Positions 62,772-64,000 of a stretch of DNA of 64,000 bases are shown here, piece after piece. Every line of letters starts with the position of its first letter. The first letter of the stretch is position 1. Where the stretch lies: assembly GCA_038087875.1 (NCBI GenBank), contig CM075993.1:4094001-4158000 (forward strand). The letters are read 5' to 3'. The position numbers and the translations under genes were made by a program. This DNA comes from Malacoraja senta. Taxonomy: Eukaryota. The notes under the pieces were generated by a model. That model was given only the letters and a program-made list of their open reading frames with translations, did no database searches and was not told the DNA's origin.

Positions 62772-64000
62772 GCTGTGCTGCGCAGCTGACAGACGTCTGG
62801 ACTGACATCTTCAACCTGTCACTTGCCCAAGCAGTTGTGCCCACGTGCCTTAACCCACCTCCATCGTGCCGGTGCCAAAACACTCCACTGCGGTGAGCCT
62901 CAACGACTTCCGCCCAGTTGCACTTACTCCCATCATCGCCAAGTGCCTCGAGAGGCTAGTCCTGGCACACCTCAAAGGCTGCCTACCCCCCACATTGGAT
63001 CCCTATCAGTTTGCCTACCGCAAGAACAGGAGTACGGGGATGCCATCTCAACGGCACTTCACTCCGCCCTCTCCCACCTCGACAACAGAGACACTTACGT
63101 AAGAATGCTGTTCATCGATTACAGCTCAGCATTCAACACCATCATACCCTCTAAACTGATCACCAAACTCGGTGACCTGGGCATTGACCCCTCCCTCTGC
63201 AACTGGATACTGGACTTTCTAACCAACAGACCCCAGTCTGTTAGGTTAGACAAGCAAACCTCTTCAACCCTCACCCTGAACACCGGCGTTCCACAGGGCT
63301 GTGTGCTGAGCCCCCTCCTCTACTCCTCTTCACCTACGACTGCACACCTGTACATGGTACTAACACCATCATCAAGTATGCAGATGATACAACGGTGATT
63401 GGCCTCATCAGCAACAACGATGAGTCGGCCTATAGGGAGGAGGTCCAGCTCCTAGCAGCATGGTGTGCTGACAACAACCTGGCCCTTAACTCCAAGAAGA
63501 CCAAGGAGCTCATTGTAGACTTCAGGAAGTCTAGGGGCGGCACGCACGCCCTCATCCACATTAACGAGCCGGAGGTGAACGTGTTTCCAGCTTCAGGTTC
63601 CTGGGGGGTCAACATCTCCGATGACCTCTCTTGGACCCACAATACCTCAACTCTGGTCAAGAAAGCTCACCAGCGTCTCTTCTTCCTGAGGAGACTAAAG
63701 AAGGTCCATCTGTCTCCTCAGATTCTGGTGAACTTCTACCGCTGCACCATCGAGAGCATCCTTACCAACTGCATCACAGTATGGTACGGCAACTGTCTCT
63801 GTCTCCAACCGGAAAGCACTGCAGAGGGTGGTGAAAACTGCCCAACGCATCACCGGTTTCTCACTCCCCTCCATTGAGTCTGTCCAAAGCAAGCGTTGTC
63901 TGCGAAGGGCGCTCAGCATCGCCAAGGACTGCTCTCACCCCAACCACAGACTGTTTACCCTCCTACCATCCGGGAGGCGCTACAGGTCTCTCCGTTGCCG
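62772..64000 (+). mobile_element. Rex1/Babar-clade LINE reverse transcriptase fragment, frameshifted, runs off the window end
   Basis: [48 protein letters not shown] motifs across frames. Confidence 0.92.

Noticed and set aside
62772..64000. Active or domesticated reverse transcriptase
   Set aside because: 5'-truncated and split across frames by several frameshifts.

Overview
Repeat-rich vertebrate genomic DNA, most likely a cartilaginous fish (skate, ray or shark), inferred from HE1-like V-SINEs and HER1/CR1 LINEs. Two host genes lie head-to-head, as at the human STRA6-CCDC33 locus. STRA6 (retinol-binding protein receptor, minus strand) has 11 phase-consistent coding exons from ATG 20646 down to 1728 (1112 nt, no stops or frameshifts) and continues off the left edge. 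CCDC33 (plus strand) has about 3 exons from ATG 40243, with three apparent 1-nt deletions in G/C runs. Nearly all ORF-track entries are repeat-derived: CR1, L2, Rex1/Babar and L1/Tx1 LINE fragments, V-SINEs, PIF/Harbinger, hAT and Tc1-like MITEs, and Penelope-like (GIY-YIG) remnants. Most notable observations: (1) about 30 or more Penelope-derived units carrying minimal hammerhead-ribozyme motifs, many with clean 11-17 bp TSDs and fold-back structure; (2) a solo LTR fused to a 37-nt tRNA-Trp copy, twice the normal PBS length, inside a TSD; (3) a perfect DR5 retinoic-acid element inside STRA6; (4) a minisatellite that arose inside a MITE. All calls were made by eye or from recalled homologies, without database searches; repeat boundaries are approximate.
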